Origin: a virus
Taxonomy: Duplodnaviria > Caudoviricetes
Direction: 5' to 3' (one strand)
Length of the DNA stretch: 57,719 nt
Virus record (IMG/VR): IMGVR_UViG_3300029309_000042
Coordinates: 1-57,719 of that record
Both the position numbers and the translations under genes were made by a program. Shown piece by piece: positions 18,727-26,516 of this stretch. The notes beneath the pieces were generated by a model that made no database searches, was not told the DNA's origin, and worked only from the letters and a program-made list of their open reading frames with translations. Every line of letters starts with the position of its first letter. The first letter of the stretch is position 1.

Positions 18727-18755
18727 AGAATAGCAAATACAAAATAGGTTGTAAA
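18727..18755 (-). promoter_or_regulatory. Sigma70-like promoter of the 18145-18684 gene
   Basis: TTTACA-17 bp-TATTCT on the minus strand. Confidence 0.65.
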
Positions 18756-18950
18756 CACTTAATTTACTTTTTTTACACTTTTTTTATTTTGTGTTGCATT
18801 TTCGCAACAACTACCTTTTTTGATTTGTGATTGTGATTTACATATATGCCACGCTGTCATCATATGATTGAGCACGCGACAATGTGTAACAATCCATCAG
18901 GCAAATAATAATACAGCCATCAGGATTGCTACCACATATAACAATATCAT

Positions 18951-19106
18951 TTACTTAGCTCGTGATGCAAAGCAAATACCATAACAGTAGTGACTGCCAT
19001 ACCACATAGTATAAGTTGCCACTCAAAGGTAAATATGCACATAACTAAGAATGCTAGTGAAAGTAAAACACATACCCAAGCAAGAATAAAATTAAATGTT
19101 TCCATT
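18951..19106 (-). CDS. Small two-TM membrane protein (51 aa)
   Basis: Hand translation METFNFILAWVCVLLSLAFLVMCIFTFEWQLILCGMAVTTVMVFALHHELSK; AAGGAG RBS. Confidence 0.5.
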
Positions 19107-19262
19107 GTTTAGCTCCTTTAAATATTTATGTACTACAAAATTAAGGGCTTGTTGCAACCCGACGTGCATACCATATTCTTTTAAAATATGGTCCTGAACT
19201 TGTTTAAGCCCGTCAGCATCTGAGTGACGTAGCGTAAGCATTTTTTCTTTTACTATTGACAT
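19092..19262 (-). CDS. Small ribbon-helix-helix-like protein, paralog of 23654-23818
   Basis: MSIVKEKMLTLRHSDADGLKQVQDHILKEYGMHVGLQQALNFVVHKYLKE; GGAG RBS and own promoter. Confidence 0.55.
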   Translation of the reverse strand: MSIVKEKMLTLRHSDADGLKQVQDHILKEYGMHVGLQQALNFVVHKYLKELNNGNI

Positions 19263-19294
19263 TGTTAACTCCATTGGTTGTTTAAGTTATGTTT

Positions 19295-19324
19295 ATAGTA
19301 TTACCTGTGATTTATATAGAGCAA
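19295..19324 (-). promoter_or_regulatory. Sigma70-like promoter (twin of 19711-19740)
   Basis: TTGCTC-18 bp-TACTAT. Confidence 0.55.
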
Positions 19325-19413
19325 TAAAAAGATTGTCATGTCTGAACGGGCTGAATCAAATTGACTCTGCTCGCCCAGTCAAAAAGAAGGAGGGCGTGAG
19401 CCCCCCCACTTGA

Positions 19414-19677
19414 TTAAACATTTAAAAGCTTTCCATCCATCCCAAAGTTCAATACATGCTTGAGGTGTCCATCCTCATACACATTGTAAGATAAAGGTTG
19501 CTTTTTGACAGGCTTACCATACGTTCGGTAAAAGTCAATGAAGCCTTGGACATCTTCCATTACCCACATGATAGCATCCTTTGAGTTTGTGAAACTCGCC
19601 GCACTCTTCATATATGCAAAAACATACTGTCCAGGTTTTAGTGGACCTCTACATACTAACCATTCTTGATTACTCAT
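19414..19677 (-). CDS. Hypothetical early protein
   Basis: AGGAG RBS, own promoter, downstream GC-rich hairpin near 19390-19407. Confidence 0.6.
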   Translation of the reverse strand: MSNQEWLVCRGPLKPGQYVFAYMKSAASFTNSKDAIMWVMEDVQGFIDFYRTYGKPVKKQPLSYNVYEDGHLKHVLNFGMDGKLLNV

Positions 19678-19710
19678 TGTTAACTCCTAAGGTTTTATTT
19701 AATTATTTAA

Positions 19711-19740
19711 ATAGTATGGGGCATGATTTAAATAGAGCAA
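19711..19740 (-). promoter_or_regulatory. Sigma70-like promoter (twin of 19295-19324)
   Basis: TTGCTC-18 bp-TACTAT. Confidence 0.55.
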
Positions 19741-19845
19741 TAGTAGAAGTGTCATACGATTTCTTCTTCCCGTCGTGAATCAATTGGAATCAAGTATGTT
19801 ACTGTATATGTGATGGTACATGTATATGTGATTCAAATAGAATCA

Positions 19846-20271
19846 TCAATCCATCCATCCATCCTGTCCCGAGAACATTTGAGAAAATAAGAGTTGCCAT
19901 GCGTTTTGATCCATGTTGATCGGTCGCTTCGCATCGTACGAAACGTCACCATCCATCAACCTCGCTCCAAGGTTCTTTCCATCAATAATTAATACGCTCT
20001 GGGAGGAAGGATGATGAACCAAGTTATAAACCCGACCTCCATGCTGAGTTCTTAAGGTCTGCCATGCAATCTGCAAGGGTCTAAATGTTGGGTAGCTCTT
20101 GTCGTTTCTTGTTGTCAAAACCTTTAATTCAAACCAAGCTTCGTTCCCCTTATAACATCCACTCAGGTCAGGTATCCCAGTCGCCGTGTAGGATTCTAAC
20201 CTACTCCAATGACACATTCCCTCGGTCTGTTTTTTAATTATGTTCCAAAATTTTGTTTCAGGTTTAATCAT
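19846..20271 (-). CDS. PD-(D/E)XK nuclease, VRR-NUC/Holliday junction resolvase-like
   Basis: E...GIPDL...WFELK...LQIAWQ motif set. Confidence 0.75.
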   Translation of the reverse strand: MIKPETKFWNIIKKQTEGMCHWSRLESYTATGIPDLSGCYKGNEAWFELKVLTTRNDKSYPTFRPLQIAWQTLRTQHGGRVYNLVHHPSSQSVLIIDGKNLGARLMDGDVSYDAKRPINMDQNAWQLLFSQMFSGQDGWMD

Positions 20272-20283
20272 TTTGTTAGGTCT

Positions 20284-20312
20284 AAAAAAACCCCCAGTCG
20301 TAAAACTGGGGG
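20284..20312 (-). terminator. Intrinsic terminator of 20320-20787
   Basis: 8-bp stem CCCCCAGT/ACTGGGGG followed by T7 on the minus strand. Confidence 0.85.
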
Positions 20313-20319
20313 CTGAATA

Positions 20320-20787
20320 TTATTGTTTTGGGATAACGTATAACTCTACGAAGTTTTTACCCCATGAAGTAGACTTGGCTGACTGCCCACCGTTAAGAGC
20401 GTCAATTAAAGCGTGGAACGAACGTGCCTTAATTGATTTATGGTATTGGTCAACCATAGCTAAGGTAAGAGGATCTTTACCTTGTTGACAATTAATTAAT
20501 TGCCAGACAACTTTGGCACGGAGGGTAGATTTAGCCGTACCATTTTCCTCATATAAGGTTTTTTGTTTTTCCCACGGAAAAGGTAATTTGTCTTTTACGT
20601 TAACACCGTCAACAAGACGAACACCAACATTGTTGATATTACCCCCAGCATTTTGCTGAACAAAAGCAGTGATATCTGCAACGGTAACACCCTCACGGGA
20701 TTTGATACGCTCAGCTGATAAGCTAGTAATACCAGTGAATGTGATAGGCTTTTGAGGTGCCTTTACCTTTAAAGCTGATTTAGCCAT
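20320..20787 (-). CDS. Hypothetical early protein, normally coded paralog of 18145-18684
   Basis: Own promoter (TTTACA-17-TACTCT at 20832-20860), AAAGGAG RBS and terminator. Confidence 0.75.
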   Translation of the reverse strand: MAKSALKVKAPQKPITFTGITSLSAERIKSREGVTVADITAFVQQNAGGNINNVGVRLVDGVNVKDKLPFPWEKQKTLYEENGTAKSTLRAKVVWQLINCQQGKDPLTLAMVDQYHKSIKARSFHALIDALNGGQSAKSTSWGKNFVELYVIPKQ

Positions 20788-20867
20788 AATAAACTCCTTT
20801 CTACGAGTTTTGTTGTTTAAGTTATGCTAATAGAGTACTACATAACTTCGTCATTGTAAACACCTAA

Positions 20868-21392
20868 TTACTCATTACGATTACTTTTTTTATCTGCTGA
20901 ATGTTCTATTAATTGTGGGAACTCTTCCTGAATACGTTTGATTTCGTCCATGACTTCATCACGATTCATTTGGTCAATCCGTCCGTGTAATATTTCTTTT
21001 CTATCTATATATAATCCAGCCGCCTGACCTCTTGCTTTTTCAGCGGCGACAGCAGATGCGTAATTCTGGTTAGCCATCGCATCGTCTCGTATTTGTGATA
21101 GTTTACGAACATGACTTTCAAAAGTGACCTCATACTTCTGTTGTAGTTCAATCTTAAGTTGATGTATCCTATCCAAGATTTGTGGGAAGTCCCTGCCGTT
21201 CAGCATCTTACTAGCAATCGCATGAGCATTGGACTTTGCATATCCTGCTTCAATCGCCGCCTCAGTCTGTGTTACTTCCTGAGTTGCGTAGATTTTACAA
21301 AACTTTTCTTGTTTGGGTGTCAATCCAAAACTTACTTTAGGATTAGCGACCACTTCTAGTTTAGGTCGGTGTGTTACTTTAGCTCTAGCCAT
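20868..21392 (-). CDS. terS: Terminase small subunit
   Basis: LTPKQEKFC...TEAAIEAGY...AHAIASKML HTH; AAEKARGQAAGLY. Confidence 0.8.
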   Translation of the reverse strand: MARAKVTHRPKLEVVANPKVSFGLTPKQEKFCKIYATQEVTQTEAAIEAGYAKSNAHAIASKMLNGRDFPQILDRIHQLKIELQQKYEVTFESHVRKLSQIRDDAMANQNYASAVAAEKARGQAAGLYIDRKEILHGRIDQMNRDEVMDEIKRIQEEFPQLIEHSADKKSNRNE

Positions 21393-21567
21393 ATCTTTAT
21401 TATATAACTTTGCTAAATAGAAGCAACAAGTGAAATCTTATCGTCGCCGAAGAACTCCACTTGTTGTCGCGAAACGGAAATAATCGATATTAGATATCGT
21501 ATATTATAATATCTGATTTTGTATTTCACTCTAATTTCATTTTAGTACTATATAGTAAAGTCTAATT

Positions 21568-21780
21568 TCAATTAGTAATGTCTTGATGTTCAGGGTACAA
21601 ACCTCGCTTTTCATCAATGCGTTGTTGCTCTTTTTTGTACTCTTCTAACCTATTCATATGATCCGAGACTCTTTGTGCGTCGGCATACGAATTATGTTGG
21701 GTGACTGTTTTGCCATCAGCCACTACCACATATACCCCATCGGGCATGGTTCTTACTTCATATTGCATTACTGCCTCCAC
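21568..21780 (-). CDS. Hypothetical protein
   Basis: ORF in early cluster. Confidence 0.5.
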   Translation of the reverse strand: MEAVMQYEVRTMPDGVYVVVADGKTVTQHNSYADAQRVSDHMNRLEEYKKEQQRIDEKRGLYPEHQDITN

Positions 21781-22007
21781 TCTTTAGTTTTAATGAACTT
21801 ACCTTTTTCAAAGTGATAAGTTTTACCCTCACCGTTTTTGTAAGCACCGTTGATACGACCTATGTACTCAGACTTTAGATTTTTATTACTGATACTTAAA
21901 ACATAAGCCATCATATCGTGAACGTCTTTTTCGTTGTCGTGTTGAAATATTTCACGAACACTACCATCTTCGTCATAAATGACACCAGTTGCATATAATT
22001 TATCCAT
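21768..22007 (-). CDS. Hypothetical protein
   Basis: AGGAGG RBS. Confidence 0.55.
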   Translation of the reverse strand: MDKLYATGVIYDEDGSVREIFQHDNEKDVHDMMAYVLSISNKNLKSEYIGRINGAYKNGEGKTYHFEKGKFIKTKEWRQ

Positions 22008-22016
22008 TGTTACCTC

Positions 22017-22358
22017 CTATAATAAAAAATTATGCTTGATTACTTTTAAGCAGTTGTCCAAGGTCTGTGAGTCATCACAATACCAAATTTGTTTTTCTGG
22101 TGACTTGTTACCAATTTGTTTAAGAAAAAACTTTTCATAAATTACCATGATAGATTCGGCACATGGCATCGGCTGTTGTGGCATACGAACAATAGTAAGT
22201 TCTTCCACATCACTGGGTGACCAAGTCCATACATTTTCATGTTGGCATATTGCTTGAGCCTCTATAACTAAGACGCCCCCTGAAAAACACTTTGCTTTAT
22301 TTTTGTATTCTGCAGAGTTGTAAAGCTCTGTAAAATATTTAGTAGCACGTTCAAACAT
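22017..22358 (-). CDS. Hypothetical protein
   Basis: Likely start MFERAT with AAGGAG RBS. Confidence 0.55.
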   Translation of the reverse strand: MFERATKYFTELYNSAEYKNKAKCFSGGVLVIEAQAICQHENVWTWSPSDVEELTIVRMPQQPMPCAESIMVIYEKFFLKQIGNKSPEKQIWYCDDSQTLDNCLKVIKHNFLL

Positions 22359-22427
22359 GACTAACTCCTTTGATGTTAAATTTACTTTATAATTTAATAA
22401 TAACCCATGATATACCATGAGGTACCA

Positions 22428-22925
22428 TTATTTTGTCTGTTGACGATTGGCTTTTCTCATGGAGAAATAATGAGGGTACACTTTGTAGCAAGAAGCACAC
22501 TTGTAAATGATTGTGAACATAGAATAAAAGAACTCGCCAATGTTCGGGGGCGGAGCTCCACAACAATAACATCTTGGTACTTCATCTAATGTACAATGTA
22601 GTATTGACTCACGATGGAATGGGTCAATCCGCTCTTCAGTCGTTGCAGTAAACATTCCGTGGACACCAGATTTACCATTTGTTTCTTGCAGTCTGGCTGA
22701 GCGTATGTAAGGGTCTTGTTTCTTCTTATATTTCTTTTTACGTTTATTTCTTACTGTTCTTGCACCACTTCCATCATCAATCAAATGTTTTGCACGATAC
22801 TTGAGTGGTGGTAGGGGGATCGTGGTAAGTGTAGGAAGAGGATCAACCGTAACCTCTTCCATCTTTATACCTTGAGCTTCGGCAAACTCCCTAAGGATAT
22901 CATCAAGTTCGTCGTTTAGGGACAT
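22428..22925 (-). CDS. Hypothetical protein with C-terminal CxxC...CxxC zinc ribbon
   Basis: CYCC...CASC. Confidence 0.5.
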   Translation of the reverse strand: MSLNDELDDILREFAEAQGIKMEEVTVDPLPTLTTIPLPPLKYRAKHLIDDGSGARTVRNKRKKKYKKKQDPYIRSARLQETNGKSGVHGMFTATTEERIDPFHRESILHCTLDEVPRCYCCGAPPPNIGEFFYSMFTIIYKCASCYKVYPHYFSMRKANRQQTK

Positions 22926-23122
22926 TCAGTATCTACTATTTGCTCAATGTGGTCAGCAGTGCATCCACAAGCGTGAAGTTTGCTAACTAATCTTATCTTA
23001 GCGTTTTTCACATTAGTAACGCTCCTGCTATCTTTCCAACCATAATCTAAACTAATTTCATCATGGTATTCTTCAATGGCTTGATCAATCTCGTCTTGCC
23101 ATAACTGTTTTACTTTACCCAT
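22916..23122 (-). CDS. Hypothetical protein
   Basis: MGKVKQLWQD; coupled ORF with GGAGG RBS. Confidence 0.55.
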   Translation of the reverse strand: MGKVKQLWQDEIDQAIEEYHDEISLDYGWKDSRSVTNVKNAKIRLVSKLHACGCTADHIEQIVDTECP

Positions 23123-23459
23123 CGGCTTCCTCCTTTACAAAAATGCCGTCAACTAATTTACCCTTACGTTCTTTAATATCGTTGAACGCTCTGTGTAAAC
23201 ATGTCCGTAAGCTAAGACCATTACGAACGGCTATATTAATCAATACAACTAATATATCACCAATAGCATCAGCAGTTTGATAGTTGGCTAATGGCTTTTC
23301 ATTACGCAATGCTCTTGCTAACTCACCGACTTCCTCGGTGAGCTTTGCTAGTTGTGCCTGATCGGTGCTACCATCAATCAGGTTTCTTTTGTGATGCCAA
23401 TCAACAACGGCTTGATGCAGTTCTTTGAAGGTCATCCCCATATAATTAGGTATCGTCAT
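23115..23459 (-). CDS. MazG-like nucleotide pyrophosphohydrolase
   Basis: KLTEEVGELA...DAIGDILVVL...IKERKGKLVDGIFVKE. Confidence 0.85.
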   Translation of the reverse strand: MTIPNYMGMTFKELHQAVVDWHHKRNLIDGSTDQAQLAKLTEEVGELARALRNEKPLANYQTADAIGDILVVLINIAVRNGLSLRTCLHRAFNDIKERKGKLVDGIFVKEEADG

Positions 23460-23652
23460 ATTCTTTAATCCTTTCCCCTAACTCTTCTTTTATATAATCA
23501 ACTACTACTTCCTCGTCTATATTGTCACACATAAACTGAGTGAGACTGTCACCTTCTATTTCATTTTTTTCATACAACTCAAGTAAATGATACATAAGGT
23601 CACGACCTTCTAACGCATCTAAATACGTTTCACCTTCTTGTGGTACACCCAT
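23446..23652 (-). CDS. Acidic hypothetical protein
   Basis: AAGGAG RBS, coupled ORF. Confidence 0.5.
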   Translation of the reverse strand: MGVPQEGETYLDALEGRDLMYHLLELYEKNEIEGDSLTQFMCDNIDEEVVVDYIKEELGERIKEYDDT

Positions 23653-23653
23653 A

Positions 23654-23818
23654 TCAACGCTCCTTTAAGTAAAAGTGAATTAAGTGGTTAACGACTTGTT
23701 GTATACTTATCTTCATACCTTGATTGTTTAGTATGAGTTCTTGTATATGTTTGAGATCGTTAATAGTTTCCTCACCCTTAATAAGAACAGAGGGTTCTGT
23801 TAGTTTTTTATCTTGCAT
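23654..23818 (-). CDS. Small ribbon-helix-helix-like protein (54 aa), paralog of 19092-19262
   Basis: Hand translation MQDKKLTEPSVLIKGEETINDLKHIQELILNNQGMKISIQQVVNHLIHFYLKER; AAGGAGG RBS. Confidence 0.6.
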   Translation of the reverse strand: MQDKKLTEPSVLIKGEETINDLKHIQELILNNQGMKISIQQVVNHLIHFYLKER

Positions 23819-23922
23819 AGCGACCTCCTTGTTGTTTGCTATACTTAATTATACCAAGTGATGTTGCCTGAGGTATTAAAACAATATCCAAACGACAAAT
23901 AATATTACGATAGCCCAACAAA

Positions 23923-24138
23923 TCATAAGCCCCTCTTTGCATTTTCTTCAGCTTCAATCATAGCTAACCAATCATCATATTGTTCAGCTAAATCATTTGG
24001 CATATCGTGGTGACTTACTTCTTCCTTAGTAGTATCATTCCATGATATTAAAATACGAGTAGATACAATACGTCTTGGTATTACATCATCCCTTTTGCGA
24101 TAACCGTGTGTTTCGGTTAGTGTTAGTTTTCTTGACAT
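23923..24138 (-). CDS. Hypothetical protein
   Basis: GAAAGGA RBS. Confidence 0.55.
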   Translation of the reverse strand: MSRKLTLTETHGYRKRDDVIPRRIVSTRILISWNDTTKEEVSHHDMPNDLAEQYDDWLAMIEAEENAKRGL

Positions 24139-24179
24139 TTCTATTCCTTTCTATAATAGATTAATAAAAGTGTGAGTAT

Positions 24180-24346
24180 GGTGTGGATTCGGTTGCTAAC
24201 CTTTTTTAACGAGGGAACGAAACCATCAGCCTATATGAGCTGTTCCAACTCATTACGTTACAAGGCGTCCACATGCAGATGCGTTTCATAACGGAGTAAA
24301 ATCTGAAAAACTCCTCTGGGAGCCACTCTACATGTGCATCCACACC
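24180..24346 (-). ncRNA. Candidate multi-stem structured RNA
   Basis: Intergenic; 9-bp closing stem plus 10-bp, 8-bp, 5-bp and 4-bp internal stems; mismatches read as G-U pairs on the minus strand. Confidence 0.5.
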
Positions 24347-24360
24347 CTTCAACACGCTAC

Positions 24361-24585
24361 TCACCGTCGTGTTTTACGAAAGGAGCGTTCCCTCCTCCCC
24401 GAAACTTTTACAACTGGTTTATGATAACCCCATGGAGCCGATGGCATCCATGGAACTAAATCAATTTGCACTTTATCATCATGAAGCTTTTGTACACGTT
24501 TCAGCTCAGGTATAACTTCAGCTATTGAATTATGCCAATACTCCATATCCCCATCGGGATAGGTAACTTTAAAAGTATGCCTCAT
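24361..24585 (-). CDS. Hypothetical protein
   Basis: Coupled ORF (ATGA overlap). Confidence 0.5.
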   Translation of the reverse strand: MRHTFKVTYPDGDMEYWHNSIAEVIPELKRVQKLHDDKVQIDLVPWMPSAPWGYHKPVVKVSGRRERSFRKTRR

Positions 24586-24848
24586 TGTTTTGCATCCTTC
24601 TTAAGTGTAGCCTCGGCGACTAGTTTACCTTGCTGATATAATGTTGGATCCTTCATGTTAATGTATTCCATGAACATGGTACAGAACAAGTAATCCTCTG
24701 TAAGTACTTGAATTTTAGTACTTAATTCCATACACTCTTTCGCTAACGCGAGTGGACCATGTTGTAACCGAGTAGGTAAGTGCTGACGTATTTTAACATC
24801 ACCTTCTACTAACTGGTCTTCCTTAGGTGGTAATGGTTTGATTTGCAT
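24582..24848 (-). CDS. Hypothetical protein
   Basis: Likely start MQIKPL with AAAGGGG RBS and a promoter-like TTGTAC...TACTAT upstream. Confidence 0.55.
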   Translation of the reverse strand: MQIKPLPPKEDQLVEGDVKIRQHLPTRLQHGPLALAKECMELSTKIQVLTEDYLFCTMFMEYINMKDPTLYQQGKLVAEATLKKDAKQ

Positions 24849-24918
24849 TGTTATCCCCTTTCTACGAGATGTTGTTAATATATAATTAATAGTACCAAAT
24901 AGATGCGTGAGTACAAGT

Positions 24919-25269
24919 TTAAAGTTGTCCATTTAATCTGTGTTGTTCCATAGTTCTTATAATGGTGTGAACACGTTGACGTGACATATTATACTCTGCA
25001 CCTAACTTCGCAAGAGTCTTGTAACCCTTCCAGTAATCCTCGTATATCTGCAAATTCCTGTCTACTTTATTATGTGAGTGAACACCAGTTCTACCATCGC
25101 GAATATACTTATGCAGTTTAAACTTATCAATCCATCTACTAATAGTATTTATACGGACGTTGTACTTTTTAGCTAACTCTATTTTACTCTTAGGGTTTTT
25201 ATCCCAAGCATTTTGTAAAACAAAATCGTAAAAGTCTTGCCATACTTCATCAGTCAGTTTTGTCATCAT
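24919..25269 (-). CDS. Tandem helix-turn-helix DNA-binding protein
   Basis: KIELAKKYNVRINTISRWI and TLAKLGAEYNMSRQRVHTII. Confidence 0.7.
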   Translation of the reverse strand: MMTKLTDEVWQDFYDFVLQNAWDKNPKSKIELAKKYNVRINTISRWIDKFKLHKYIRDGRTGVHSHNKVDRNLQIYEDYWKGYKTLAKLGAEYNMSRQRVHTIIRTMEQHRLNGQL

Positions 25270-25552
25270 CTTGCTCCAATGTAAAATCATACTGGGTTTG
25301 CGTAGTCATGCCCTCTTGGTTTTCCCAGAAGTCATCATCACGATCGTAAGGGTGGCGTGGTTTATCAGCATCTGTTTTTTTAAACTGCACTACACGATTA
25401 TTAGTAGGCTTTTCATAAAACGATTGTATAAACCTCAAAGCATTTTCCATGCTGTCTGCCATGTGTTTTTGTATGTGGATACCGTGATAGTATCGCACAA
25501 GATACTTGTTACCAAGTTCATATATTTCAAATTTAGGCTCTAAGGGCTTCAT
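25250..25552 (-). CDS. Hypothetical protein
   Basis: Likely start MKPLEP. Confidence 0.5.
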   Translation of the reverse strand: MKPLEPKFEIYELGNKYLVRYYHGIHIQKHMADSMENALRFIQSFYEKPTNNRVVQFKKTDADKPRHPYDRDDDFWENQEGMTTQTQYDFTLEQDDDKTD

Positions 25553-26021
25553 AATATCCTTCCTCCATAAAAAATGGTTTAGGTCGCTTTGTCCATTTAG
25601 CAAACCGACTTTTTTCATAATAGTAGTATTTGCGATAAGCTTTTACTACATCAGGGTTTTTGTACTCATCAGGCATAGCTTGTGGTAGCTCAGTTATTAT
25701 TCCAGGAGGAATATAATCTAAACACTCATTACCAACTTGCGATAATACTTTTTCACAATCATGTGTTCTACCATATCTAAAAGTATACTCTTTACATAAG
25801 GCAAATCCAAACATGAGCAACCAAAAGAAATTACCTTTAGTTCTGCCTCCCCATAAAGTGCATGGATGTTTGGCATGAACTGGTAGATATGGTGGACTCA
25901 TATATTTATGTGCGATTGTGCAGATCATCTGCGTTGTTTCCAACGGCATTTTGACAATGTGTTTATCACAATGATACTGAACACATTTATCCATACTGTT
26001 ATCCAGCAAAAATATATTCAT
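25533..26021 (-). CDS. Pyrimidine-dimer DNA glycosylase (endonuclease V)-like protein
   Basis: MNIFLLD...HCDKHIVKMPLETTQM...HPCTLW...EYTFRYG...PQAMPDEYK...AYRKYY. Confidence 0.75.
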   Translation of the reverse strand: MNIFLLDNSMDKCVQYHCDKHIVKMPLETTQMICTIAHKYMSPPYLPVHAKHPCTLWGGRTKGNFFWLLMFGFALCKEYTFRYGRTHDCEKVLSQVGNECLDYIPPGIITELPQAMPDEYKNPDVVKAYRKYYYYEKSRFAKWTKRPKPFFMEEGYYEALRA

Positions 26022-26254
26022 AATGTCACCGATATTTCCAGCCTACGGTCAGGTGGAAGTGATACACCATACACCATACAACGACCACCTTGCTGACGTA
26101 TGTCATCAGCAAACTGTTGAGCTTTGTATCCTTCGTTAAGGTTGAAGTAAGTTTTTTTATATTTACCTCTACCTAAAAATTCAGTAACAGAATACTTAAT
26201 AATGTGGTCACGAAGGTATTGTTCGTAAGCCTCACGTTCTTCAGCATTACTCAT
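26018..26254 (-). CDS. Hypothetical protein
   Basis: Coupled ORF with GGAGG RBS. Confidence 0.5.
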   Translation of the reverse strand: MSNAEEREAYEQYLRDHIIKYSVTEFLGRGKYKKTYFNLNEGYKAQQFADDIRQQGGRCMVYGVSLPPDRRLEISVTL

Positions 26255-26445
26255 TTACTACCTCCCAGTTTAATTTCAGTAAACCTAGCAGGGACAACAA
26301 TCTCTGCATTACACTTGTTACAACATCTACCGTCGTGTATTGGCATGGCATCATTACCTTGCGTCCAATATATTTCACCACTTTCGGTACGGTCTGGTTC
26401 TATTTGCTTGTGGCAAATACAACAATCAATAATTTGTAAATCCAT
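26251..26445 (-). CDS. Small zinc-binding protein
   Basis: Start MDLQ with AAGGAGG RBS and TTTACA-18-TATAAT promoter; CCIC...GNDAMP...GRCCNKCN. Confidence 0.6.
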   Translation of the reverse strand: MDLQIIDCCICHKQIEPDRTESGEIYWTQGNDAMPIHDGRCCNKCNAEIVVPARFTEIKLGGSK

Positions 26446-26516
26446 AGTAAACCTCCTTAAATACAAATATGCTATATTATAAAGGCAGGACTTTAAAAAT
26501 GTAAACACATAAGTGT

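Noticed and set aside
18820-19865. Short repeats (TGAT runs, ATCC x4) as a CRISPR array
   Set aside because: No constant repeat-spacer periodicity and no cas genes.
24180-24235. Hammerhead-like CUGAUG...GAA in the candidate ncRNA
   Set aside because: The core reads CUGAUGG and GAAU rather than CUGANGA and GAAA, with no proper NUH cleavage site, so it is not called a ribozyme.
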